Below, one piece after another: positions 19,174-27,098 of a DNA stretch of 64,000 nt. Under the pieces are notes generated by a model. The model was not told the origin of the DNA. It searched no databases and saw only the letters and a list, made by a program, of their open reading frames with translations. The position numbers and the translations under genes are program-made. Position 1 is the first letter of the stretch, and each line of letters begins with the position of its first letter. The DNA is from Vicinamibacterales bacterium. GTDB taxonomy: Bacteria > Acidobacteriota > Vicinamibacteria > Vicinamibacterales > UBA8438. The stretch is from the NCBI GenBank assembly GCA_965246995.1, contig OZ252008.1, positions 883,986-947,985 of the forward strand. The letters run 5' to 3'.

Positions 19174-19571
19174 GGCCGCACATAGTCCGCCGTCACCTGC
19201 GTCGTGATCCCGCCGCGCGCCGAGAAGTCGCCCACCACCGTCATCCGGCGTGGCCGGCAAGCGGCCACCAGTTCGTCGAGGATCCGGTTGGTCACCGCCT
19301 CGTAGAAGATACCCTGGTTACGGAACGCGACCATGTACAACTTTAATGATTTCAATTCGATACAGTGCTCTTCGGGCACGTAGCGGATCCGGATCTCGCC
19401 GAAGTCGGGGAGGCCGGTCTTCGGACAGACGGAGGTGAACTCGGGACAGCGGATGGCGATCTCGTAGTCGCGCTCGGGAGACGGGTTCGGGAAGGTTTCG
19501 AGAACCGGGTGATGTGCTGTCGCCGCCGATGCGGAAGTGGCCGAGTCTGCGCCGCGTGCATCGTCCGCCAT
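19170..19571 (-). CDS. queF: NADPH-dependent 7-cyano-7-deazaguanine (preQ0) reductase
   Basis: 133-aa unimodular QueF with catalytic Cys context [12 protein letters not shown] and the QueF motif ELKSLKLY. Confidence 0.9.
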   Translation of the reverse strand: MADDARGADSATSASAATAHHPVLETFPNPSPERDYEIAIRCPEFTSVCPKTGLPDFGEIRIRYVPEEHCIELKSLKLYMVAFRNQGIFYEAVTNRILDELVAACRPRRMTVVGDFSARGGITTQVTADYVRP

Positions 19572-19580
19572 GAAGCGATT

Positions 19581-19656
19581 CTAGCAGTCCGTGATGAAAC
19601 CCCGGCTGCATTCGACCAGCGATGCATCCCGCCTGAGCGCCATCCCGCCTGAGCGC
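19581..19656. repeat. Copy of the 2336-2520 repeat family plus a 16-nt perfect tandem duplication
   Basis: 19581-19639 is 51/59 identical to the reverse complement of 2462-2520. The unit catcccgcctgagcgc occurs at 19625-19640 and again at 19641-19656. The element lies 9 nt upstream of the queF ATG. Confidence 0.55.
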
Positions 19657-19689
19657 CACGAAGACCCCTTGGCACGCCTGCCGGTATGT

Positions 19690-19718
19690 TTGACAGTCGA
19701 TAATGTGCACGCTAGCAT
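19690..19718 (+). promoter_or_regulatory. Candidate sigma70-type promoter for the HU gene
   Basis: TTGACA at 19690-19695, a 17-nt spacer, then TAGCAT at 19713-19718. It lies about 90 nt upstream of ATG 19806. Confidence 0.35.
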
Positions 19719-19805
19719 TACCGGGTTGTTCTGAAGTGTGGTGGCCGTCGCGTGCGCGGTCGCTCAGAAACTCTATGCAGCGCGCGTACCCGGGAGGAGA
19801 CACCG

Positions 19806-20093
19806 ATGGCCGAAGGCCGCATGAGCAAGACCAACCTACACGCACATTTTGCCGACAAGATGGGTATCACACGGAAGGATGCCGGGGAATTCTTCAATGA
19901 GTTGGCTGGCTTGGCGGAGGCGGAACTCACGCGGTGCGGTGAGTTTGTCTTGCCCGGGGTCTGCAAGCTCGTTCTCCAGAGCCGCCCGGAGCGGACCGGC
20001 CGGAACCCGGCCACGGGCGAGACGATCCAGATTTCCGCGAAGACGGTGGTGAAGGCCCGCATCGCGAAGCCGCTCAAGGACGCCGTGCTGTAG
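19806..20093 (+). CDS. hup: HU/IHF-family nucleoid-associated DNA-binding protein
   Basis: 95 aa with typical HU blocks (MGITRKDAGEFFNELA, GRNPATGETIQI). GGGAGGAG SD upstream of ATG 19806. Confidence 0.9.
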   Translation: MAEGRMSKTNLHAHFADKMGITRKDAGEFFNELAGLAEAELTRCGEFVLPGVCKLVLQSRPERTGRNPATGETIQISAKTVVKARIAKPLKDAVL

Positions 20094-20188
20094 GGCGCCG
20101 CGTCCGACTCCCCACGGCCTCCCGAGTGGGCCGAAGGCCCCGGGGGGGCCGTCCGTCCGCGGTTCGTTTCGCCGCCCACGCGGTGACA

Positions 20189-21427
20189 ATGGCCACCAAC
20201 GTCCTCATGCCTCAACTCGGCGAATCCATTGCCGAGGGCACCATCGTCCGGTGGAATAAAGTGGTCGGCGACCCCGTCGACCGTGACGAGCCGCTCTTCG
20301 AAGTCTCCACTGACAAGGTCGATGCCGAGGTTCCCGCCCCCGTTGGCGGGGTGGTGGCGGAAGTGCGCGTGCAGGCGGGTGAAACGGTGGCGGTCGATTC
20401 CGTCGTCGCCATCATCGCGGCGCCGGATGAAGCGATGTCCGTTGCCGCCTCCTCGACTGTAGCAACCGGGGATGACGTTCCTGCCGCCGCCGTGTCGGGT
20501 GGGACAGACGATCCATCACCAGGCCCATTGACCGTCGGCGTCACCGTGCCGCGCAGGGCAAAGGTGTCTGGAGAGGTGCGGCTGTCGCCGGTAGTCCGCC
20601 GACTTGTGCGAGAGCATGGCGTCAATCCGGCGGATTTGACGGGCACCGGCGCGGGCGGCCGCATCACGCGGGAGGACATCCTCGCGCATGTCGCCGCCCG
20701 CGGGGCGGGGGGCTCACCGGTGGCCGGCGAGCGGGTCGAGCCGCTGTCCGTGATGCGGCAACAAATCGCCCGGCACATGATCGCCAGCCGGCGCACGTCG
20801 GCGCATGTCCATACGATCTTTGACGTCGACTTCACGCGTGTTGCGGCGCTGCTCCGCGCGCATGCCGGGGCGTACGCCGCGCAAGGCGTCAAACTGACCT
20901 ACCTGTCGTTCGTTGCGAGGGCGGTTGTCGACGCGCTGGGCGCCGTTCCGATTGTCAACGCGGTGTTGTCGGAGGACGGCGCGTCTGTGCGCTACCGTTC
21001 CGACGTGGGACTCGGAATCGCGGTCGCGCTCGATGAAGGGGTCGGTCTGATCGTGCCCGTAGTTCGCGACGCTGCCGGGAAGAGCGTTGCCGAGTTGAGC
21101 CAGACGGTCGCCGATCTGGCGACGCGCGCCCGGGAAAAGAAGCTCTCGCCCGACGAGGTCCAAGGGGGCACGTTCACGATCACCAACCCGGGTGTGTTCG
21201 GATCGATCGCCGGGATGCCGATCATCAATCAGCCGCAGGCTGCGATCCTCTGCATCGGCGCGGTCGAACGTCGACCCGTGGTGCTGGATGACGACACCAT
21301 CGCGCCGCGCCACCGCTGCTACCTGACGCTTGGTTTCGACCACCGGCTGATCGATGGGGCGATCGCTGACCGGTTCATGTCGGCGGTGAAGACGACCATC
21401 GAGCAGTTCGACGAAGCGCTGCTGTAG
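20189..21427 (+). CDS. 2-oxoacid dehydrogenase E2 component (dihydrolipoamide acyltransferase)
   Basis: Lipoyl domain with EVSTDKVDAEVPAP, a peripheral-subunit-binding domain (LSPVVRRLVREHGVNPADLTGTG) and the catalytic DHRLIDG. No E1 or E3 gene is adjacent. Start at ATG 20189. Confidence 0.9.
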   Translation: MATNVLMPQLGESIAEGTIVRWNKVVGDPVDRDEPLFEVSTDKVDAEVPAPVGGVVAEVRVQAGETVAVDSVVAIIAAPDEAMSVAASSTVATGDDVPAAAVSGGTDDPSPGPLTVGVTVPRRAKVSGEVRLSPVVRRLVREHGVNPADLTGTGAGGRITREDILAHVAARGAGGSPVAGERVEPLSVMRQQIARHMIASRRTSAHVHTIFDVDFTRVAALLRAHAGAYAAQGVKLTYLSFVARAVVDALGAVPIVNAVLSEDGASVRYRSDVGLGIAVALDEGVGLIVPVVRDAAGKSVAELSQTVADLATRAREKKLSPDEVQGGTFTITNPGVFGSIAGMPIINQPQAAILCIGAVERRPVVLDDDTIAPRHRCYLTLGFDHRLIDGAIADRFMSAVKTTIEQFDEALL

Positions 21428-21460
21428 GCGGCTTCGCACGGGTGCAGCCCACTCCAACCC

Positions 21461-22186
21461 ATGCCTCGATTGTCTGCGGGCCGGCCGCTGGTGGTTCGAC
21501 GGCTCGGCGTGGTTCCGTTCGCCGATGCCGTGCAGTTGCAGCAGCAACTCGTGGCCGATCGCCAGCAGGACCGGATCCCGGACCAGTTGCTGCTTCTTGA
21601 GCATCCGCCCGTCGTCACGCTCGGCGTCGGCGCGCACCGCAACAACCTTCTTGTCCCACCGGAAGAGCTGGCGCGGCGAGGCGTCGAACTGCAGGAGGCA
21701 CGTCGTGGTGGCGACATCACCTATCACGGTCCGGGCCAGCTCGTCGGCTATCCGATTCTGCTGCTGAAGCCGGACCGGTGCGATGTCCATCGGTACGTCC
21801 GCGATCTCGAAGGAGCGATCATCCGTGCGGTGGCCCAGTTCGGCGTACGCGCGGGGCGTATCGACGGTTTGACGGGCGTTTGGGTGGGGAACGACAAGCT
21901 GGCCGCGATCGGCGTGCGACTCTCCCGCTGGGTGACGTCGCACGGTTTCGCGTTGAACGTCACCACACGCCTGGACGACTTCCAGCTGATCCGCGCCTGC
22001 GGCCTGGCGGACCATGGCGTGACGTCGCTCGCGCGTCTGACCGGCGGCACGCCGGGGCTCGACGCAGTCGGCGATGCGATCGCCACGTCGGTGGCGGAGA
22101 TGTTCGGTCGTGTGCTGAGCAACCCCGGCGAGGCCGAGTTCAGTCTGCTTGCGCCGCCTGCAGTTCCCCACGCTCCCGCGCGCTGA
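21461..22186 (+). CDS. lipB: Octanoyl/lipoyl transferase
   Basis: LLLLEHPPVVTLG, RGGDITYHGPGQLVGYPIL and KLAAIGVR blocks. Confidence 0.9.
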   Translation: MPRLSAGRPLVVRRLGVVPFADAVQLQQQLVADRQQDRIPDQLLLLEHPPVVTLGVGAHRNNLLVPPEELARRGVELQEARRGGDITYHGPGQLVGYPILLLKPDRCDVHRYVRDLEGAIIRAVAQFGVRAGRIDGLTGVWVGNDKLAAIGVRLSRWVTSHGFALNVTTRLDDFQLIRACGLADHGVTSLARLTGGTPGLDAVGDAIATSVAEMFGRVLSNPGEAEFSLLAPPAVPHAPAR

Positions 22187-22985
22187 GCGGCGGGTCGAGG
22201 ATCCGGGCGACGCCCGACGCCTCGAGTGCGACGGGCATCGCCAGCGCCGACGCATGCACACGGGCCGCCGGATGCGGCAAGACGAAGCAGGTTGGGTGAT
22301 GGCCGTTTCCGGTCAGCGCCGCGGCGACGACATGTGTCGCGGCCGCGGCAAGGGCGTACGGCCCCGGAGGCCAGAGCGCGGCGACGCGGCGGCGGAGACG
22401 TCCGGCGGCGGCGGGCGTCAGCAGCGCGTCGAGTGACGCCCCACCCGCTGTCGCCTGGCTCCAGGGAACGACCGCATGCCCGGGCGGCGCGCCGAGCACG
22501 GTCAATGCCACATCCGACGCGGAACAACCCGCTTCGAGTGCGACGACAGCGCGGAGGGCTGCGCGCAGCGCTTCGGGCGCGGAGCCGATCAGCTGTCGCC
22601 GGTCGATGCCGGCAGCATCCACGCCCTGCTCAATCAGTCGGCGATGACTGGCGCCAGCGCAGACAATCAGGGTCGGGCGCTTCGTGGCCGACACCTGTTG
22701 CAGGAGGTCGAGCCCGGTCTCTTCGTCCCATTCCGCGTCGCTTGCGACCGGTCCTGCAAGCAACACCACGTCGGCGCCCGCGAGGCCGGCGGGCGAGCGA
22801 TCGCCGACGATACGTGTCTCGAACCGTTCGAGCGGTCCCGCCTGCCGGATATCAAGTGCCTTGCCTGCTGCCACGTCCGCGTTGTCGTCAAGCAGACGGA
22901 TTTCGCTACAGAGGTTGCGCGCTGCGAGCGTGTGGGCGAGTGTGCCGCCCAGCGTGCTGGCGCCAAGGATGGCAATGACGGACAT
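22140..22985 (-). CDS. Lactate/malate dehydrogenase-like protein, divergent
   Basis: N-terminal Rossmann fold (IAILGASTLGGTLAHTLA ... LLDD). Length and layout are LDH/MDH-like, but the substrate-Arg loop and the catalytic-His region look substituted (see findings). The 3' end overlaps the lipB 3' end by 47 nt. Confidence 0.55.
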   Translation of the reverse strand: MSVIAILGASTLGGTLAHTLAARNLCSEIRLLDDNADVAAGKALDIRQAGPLERFETRIVGDRSPAGLAGADVVLLAGPVASDAEWDEETGLDLLQQVSATKRPTLIVCAGASHRRLIEQGVDAAGIDRRQLIGSAPEALRAALRAVVALEAGCSASDVALTVLGAPPGHAVVPWSQATAGGASLDALLTPAAAGRLRRRVAALWPPGPYALAAAATHVVAAALTGNGHHPTCFVLPHPAARVHASALAMPVALEASGVARILDPPLSARERGELQAAQAD

Positions 22986-23070
22986 GATGCGCCTGGCAGT
23001 TCAGGATCGTGCGGAATGATGCGGTCCGGTTCGTGGTGCCGCCGCTCGGTACGGCGATCGCGGTATTCTA

Positions 23071-23868
23071 GTGTCCTCACGAGTAATGGCGGGGGAACAG
23101 GCGGTGACGGTGGCGGGTCGGCCGTTCGCGGGAAGAACGGCGGTGGTGACCGGCGGTTCGCGCGGTATCGGTCGCGCGGTGGCCGAGTCCCTGCTTGCCA
23201 CCGGTGCTGACGTCGTCATTTCGGGGCGGTCGGTCGATGCACTGCGGGAGGCTGCCGACAGGTTGTCGGTCGACAGATTGTCGGCCGGCGTGGAATCGGG
23301 CGGCGGCGGACGGCTCGAGACGGTCGAGGCAGACGTTCGGAGTCCGGACGACGCGGCCCGACTGATCCGGACCGCCGTCAATCGATTCGGCGGCCTGGAC
23401 ATCCTGATCAACAACGCTGGCGTCGGGCACTTCACGCCGGTCGCGGAACAGTCGATCGACGAGTGGCTGCAGATCATCGAGACCAACCTGCACGGCGTCT
23501 TCTACTGCTGCCGAGCCGCCATCCCGGAACTGCGCCGCCGGGGCGGCGGGTGGATCATCAACATCAGCAGTCTCGCCGGCTGCAACCCTTTCGCAAACGG
23601 CGCCGCCTACTGTGCCTCGAAAGCGGGTCTGGACGCTTTCACCGCCGCGCTGATGCAGGAACTGCGGCATGACAACATCCGCGTGAGCGAAGTGGCGCCA
23701 GGATCCGTGGGTACCGCGTTTGCAGGCTCCGACCACCGGCATGCCGCGGCGCCCTGGAAGCTGACCGCCGGGGATGTCGCGCAGGTAGTGATGGACCTGC
23801 TCGCGCACGAGACGCGCAGCCTGCCGAGCCGGGTCGAACTGCGTCCGTCGCGGCCGCCGCGCAAGTGA
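23071..23868 (+). CDS. SDR-family oxidoreductase
   Basis: VVTGGSRGIGRAV, NNAG and YCASKAG motifs. An alternative start exists at ATG 23086. Confidence 0.8.
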   Translation: MSSRVMAGEQAVTVAGRPFAGRTAVVTGGSRGIGRAVAESLLATGADVVISGRSVDALREAADRLSVDRLSAGVESGGGGRLETVEADVRSPDDAARLIRTAVNRFGGLDILINNAGVGHFTPVAEQSIDEWLQIIETNLHGVFYCCRAAIPELRRRGGGWIINISSLAGCNPFANGAAYCASKAGLDAFTAALMQELRHDNIRVSEVAPGSVGTAFAGSDHRHAAAPWKLTAGDVAQVVMDLLAHETRSLPSRVELRPSRPPRK

Positions 23869-23892
23869 CGGACGGGGACCGCGATCGCAATC

Positions 23893-24222
23893 ATGCCGGA
23901 GCCGGGCCAGAACGGGATGTGGGTACTACGCACGGAAGGTGACGATCCGCGGACGCTCCGCCTGCCGCCGGGCGCCGTGCGGACAGTGGGGCGCGGGACC
24001 CGCGCCGACTTCATCGTGGCCGATCCGATGATGTCGCGTGTCCACTGCCGCCTCTCCGCGTCCGAGGGTGAACTCGTGGTAGAGGATCTCGGCAGCACGA
24101 ACGGCACGTTCGTTAACGGCGCGCGTGTCGAGGCGATCGGCCTCGATGAGGGACATCGTCTCCGGATCGGCCGCTCCGAATTCAATATCACTCGCGACCC
24201 GTCTCCGTCGACGCCGGACTAG
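23893..24222 (+). CDS. FHA-domain protein
   Basis: 109 aa with the FHA core: VGRGTRADFIVADPMMSRVHCRL ... DLGSTNGTFVNG. Confidence 0.8.
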   Translation: MPEPGQNGMWVLRTEGDDPRTLRLPPGAVRTVGRGTRADFIVADPMMSRVHCRLSASEGELVVEDLGSTNGTFVNGARVEAIGLDEGHRLRIGRSEFNITRDPSPSTPD

Positions 24223-24273
24223 CGCGTCATACTCCCCTCGTTGGTCCGCCGGTCTCCAGACCGGCATGCCCCC

Positions 24274-25971
24274 TCAGTCGTCTCCCGACACCGCCCGATC
24301 GATCCAGTCGAGAATCGCCTCGACTACGGCTGGCGTGACCTGCGGCTGAGCGAGGGTCGCGTACTCCTCCACGCTGCCGGTCTCGGCCGGCGTCAGCAGG
24401 TGGTTGATGCCATCAAGCTGAACCCGTTCCACTGTCGCGCCGCTCCGTGTCCGACTGCCTGCAATCGTCTCCAGCCGCTCGGCATGGTGGGGCAGCATCT
24501 CCTGATCGAGCGCACCCTGAATGATCAGCAGCGGCTGGCGGATGCGGCGGACGGTATCAGCCGGATCGAACGCGAGAAAGCTCCGGAACCAGGGAGTGTC
24601 AGCCGTCTCGCGCAATGGCTCCGGGACGCCGTCCCACTCGCCGTCGCCCAGCACGGCCCGGTTGATGCGGATCTGCAACTCGGTCCTTTCCTGCCGTTCC
24701 GTGTCGGGCGCTTGCAGCCGATCAAGCGCCGTCTGCTGCTGCTCGAGCACCAGCTCCTCGCCAGTGATGGCGGGCGCGGCGATCAGCACCAGCGCCGCCA
24801 CGCGTCCCTCGCGGCGCGTCGCCAGCAGCCCGATCCAGCCGCCCTCGCCATGGCCGATGACGACCACCCGGTCATCATCGACGTCGTCGCGTCGCTGCAG
24901 GTGGCGGACCATGGCGCGAACGTCGTCGGCGTAGTCCTCCAGCATGGCCGACTCGGCGCGCCCGCCGCTCTGACCGGTTCCGCGCCGGTCGTACCGCGCA
25001 ACGACGACGCCGCTGTCGGCAAGCGCGCCGGCGAGCTGACGGAAGATCGGGACGCCGTGGCGGGTGCCGTCCCGATCCGACGAACCGGGTCCCGGCACCA
25101 GAACGACCGCCGCCCGCCCATCCGGGCCGGCTGGCGGTGCCGTCTCGGGCGGCGCCGTCACCGTCGCGGAAAGACTGAACCCGTCGGTCTGCACCCTGGC
25201 GGCCGTGTCACCCGGGTGCGGCTCGCCGGTGAGCCGCGTCGATGTCGCCGACAGGTCGCGGCGGATCACCTCGAGGGACGCTGACGGGATGCTGAGGCGC
25301 AACAGGCGCCGCCTCTCGTCCACCCACACCTCGGCGCCGAGGGGTCGTCCCGGATCTTCGAAAGTCAACCGGTAGGTTGTCGCGACGATCGTCCCTTCGG
25401 CGGTCTCGATCCGTTGCGCGTCGACCCGGTTGACACGCACCGTGACGATGCCATTCGGCGCGACGTAGACCGGCAGTTCGGCTCCTGGTTGGGTTCCGGC
25501 CAGTCTGACCGCGAGCGCTTCGTAAGCGGAATAGATGAAGTTGGGCAGGACGATCGACGCTGGGTCTATCGTCGTCTCCGAAGTCTCCAGCGCGTCACGC
25601 TCGGTCAGCGCGCTCGTCGCCGTGCCCCCGGCGATCGTTGTCTCGAGCACGAACGGAATGCCGGCCCGCGTTCCGTCAACCGCCAGGCTGACCGGTTGCC
25701 AGTCGCGGTCGTACGTCATTTCGAACCGGCGCGTGTCGTTCGCCAGCGGGGCCGTCACCTGGCCGGTCGCACGGATCACCCAGCCGTCGTCGGACCGGAC
25801 CAGTTGTGTGCGCTCGAAGCCGACCGGCGTCGCGTTGACGAAGATATTGAAGGTCGCCTCACCGGTCGCCGGGTCGGCCGGCGCCTGGGCCAGGGCGGTG
25901 GCGGAGGCCCAAGCGGCGAATGCCATGGCGCCAGTGGCGCGTCGAACGGCGTTGGCGGGTCGCCGTATCAC
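24274..25971 (-). CDS. Secreted alpha/beta-hydrolase-fold protein with atypical nucleophile elbow
   Basis: Signal peptide (AFAAWASATALAQA), an N-terminal beta-rich domain, then an alpha/beta hydrolase core. The elbow reads GHGEGG where GxSxG is expected. Candidate Asp (GALDQEM) and His (GINHLL) are retained. Confidence 0.7.
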   Translation of the reverse strand: MIRRPANAVRRATGAMAFAAWASATALAQAPADPATGEATFNIFVNATPVGFERTQLVRSDDGWVIRATGQVTAPLANDTRRFEMTYDRDWQPVSLAVDGTRAGIPFVLETTIAGGTATSALTERDALETSETTIDPASIVLPNFIYSAYEALAVRLAGTQPGAELPVYVAPNGIVTVRVNRVDAQRIETAEGTIVATTYRLTFEDPGRPLGAEVWVDERRRLLRLSIPSASLEVIRRDLSATSTRLTGEPHPGDTAARVQTDGFSLSATVTAPPETAPPAGPDGRAAVVLVPGPGSSDRDGTRHGVPIFRQLAGALADSGVVVARYDRRGTGQSGGRAESAMLEDYADDVRAMVRHLQRRDDVDDDRVVVIGHGEGGWIGLLATRREGRVAALVLIAAPAITGEELVLEQQQTALDRLQAPDTERQERTELQIRINRAVLGDGEWDGVPEPLRETADTPWFRSFLAFDPADTVRRIRQPLLIIQGALDQEMLPHHAERLETIAGSRTRSGATVERVQLDGINHLLTPAETGSVEEYATLAQPQVTPAVVEAILDWIDRAVSGDD

Positions 25972-25993
25972 GGGCGCAGCATATCATTTGGCC

Positions 25994-27007
25994 ATGCAGC
26001 CGACCGGTTACGACGCACTCCGGAACGGCGCCGCGTGGCGCGTCCCGGACGACCGTGGATGGATCGCCGTTGGAGGCGCGGATCGTGCCCGGTTCCTCCA
26101 GGGACTGTTGACCAACGACGTCGTCGCACTGGCGCCCGGAACCGGCTGCTACGCCGCGTACCTGACGCCGCAGGGCCGGATGATCGCCGACATGCACCTG
26201 CTGGCGGAACCGGATCGGATCGTGGTCGACCTCCACCGCGACGTGAAGGACCGTCTGCTCGAACGGTGGGACGACCTGATCTTCACCGAGGATGTCACGC
26301 TGACGGACCTGACTCCCGATACCCTGGCCGCCGACCTGCACGGTCCCGGCGCAGCGGAGATGGTGGCGCGTATCGCCGGCTCAGCGGGGGACGAGAGCGC
26401 CGCCGGACTCTACCGGCACCGGGCCGGCGCCGTCGGATCGCACGGTATGAGCGTCGCCCGGCTCGACGAGCTGGGTATCGAGGGCTACCGCTTCCGGATC
26501 GGACGTCGCGACGGTGCTGCGCTGCGCGCTGCGCTTGCCGATGCGGGCGCGGTCGAGGCGGAGGCCGCCGCCTGCGAAGCGGTCCGCGTCGAGTCCGGCC
26601 GCCCCGCGTTTCCGGTCGACATGGACCGGGAGACGATCCCGCTGGAAGCGGGTATCACTGACCGCGCGATCGACTTCAACAAGGGGTGCTACGTCGGCCA
26701 GGAGGTAATCATCCGGGTCCTCCACCGCGGCCAGGGGCGCATCGCCCGGAAGCTCGGCGGTCTGACGCTAGATTCCTCCGGCGGCGGCGCCGCCGGAGCC
26801 GTCCCGAATCCCGGTGCGGTGGTATCGCACGGCGAAGACGCAGGGGCTGGCCGCGTTACCAGCGCCGTCCACTCGCCGGCACTCGGCAAGGCGATTGCCC
26901 TCGCCTACCTTCCGCGCGCCCTCACGGAAAACCCGGGCGCACAGGTTGCCGTCGCCACGGAATACGGAAACGTGCCGGCTATCGTCACGACCCTGCCGTT
27001 CGTCTGA
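25994..27007 (+). CDS. ygfZ: Folate-binding YgfZ/GcvT-family protein
   Basis: 337 aa from ATG 25994. GcvT-like N-terminal domain (FLQGLLTNDV) and the YgfZ signature KGCYVGQE. Confidence 0.8.
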   Translation: MQPTGYDALRNGAAWRVPDDRGWIAVGGADRARFLQGLLTNDVVALAPGTGCYAAYLTPQGRMIADMHLLAEPDRIVVDLHRDVKDRLLERWDDLIFTEDVTLTDLTPDTLAADLHGPGAAEMVARIAGSAGDESAAGLYRHRAGAVGSHGMSVARLDELGIEGYRFRIGRRDGAALRAALADAGAVEAEAAACEAVRVESGRPAFPVDMDRETIPLEAGITDRAIDFNKGCYVGQEVIIRVLHRGQGRIARKLGGLTLDSSGGGAAGAVPNPGAVVSHGEDAGAGRVTSAVHSPALGKAIALAYLPRALTENPGAQVAVATEYGNVPAIVTTLPFV

Positions 27008-27098
27008 GCCGCAAGCCGCGCCCCCGCGGGCTGACACCGCACCCGTCGGCGTGTAGTATGCGATCCCTGCCCGGACGATTCGGAGCCGGTTCTAGAGC

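Noticed and set aside
20714-22261. 515-aa minus-strand ORF
   Set aside because: It is antisense to the E2 and lipB genes, is Arg-rich, and has no motifs.
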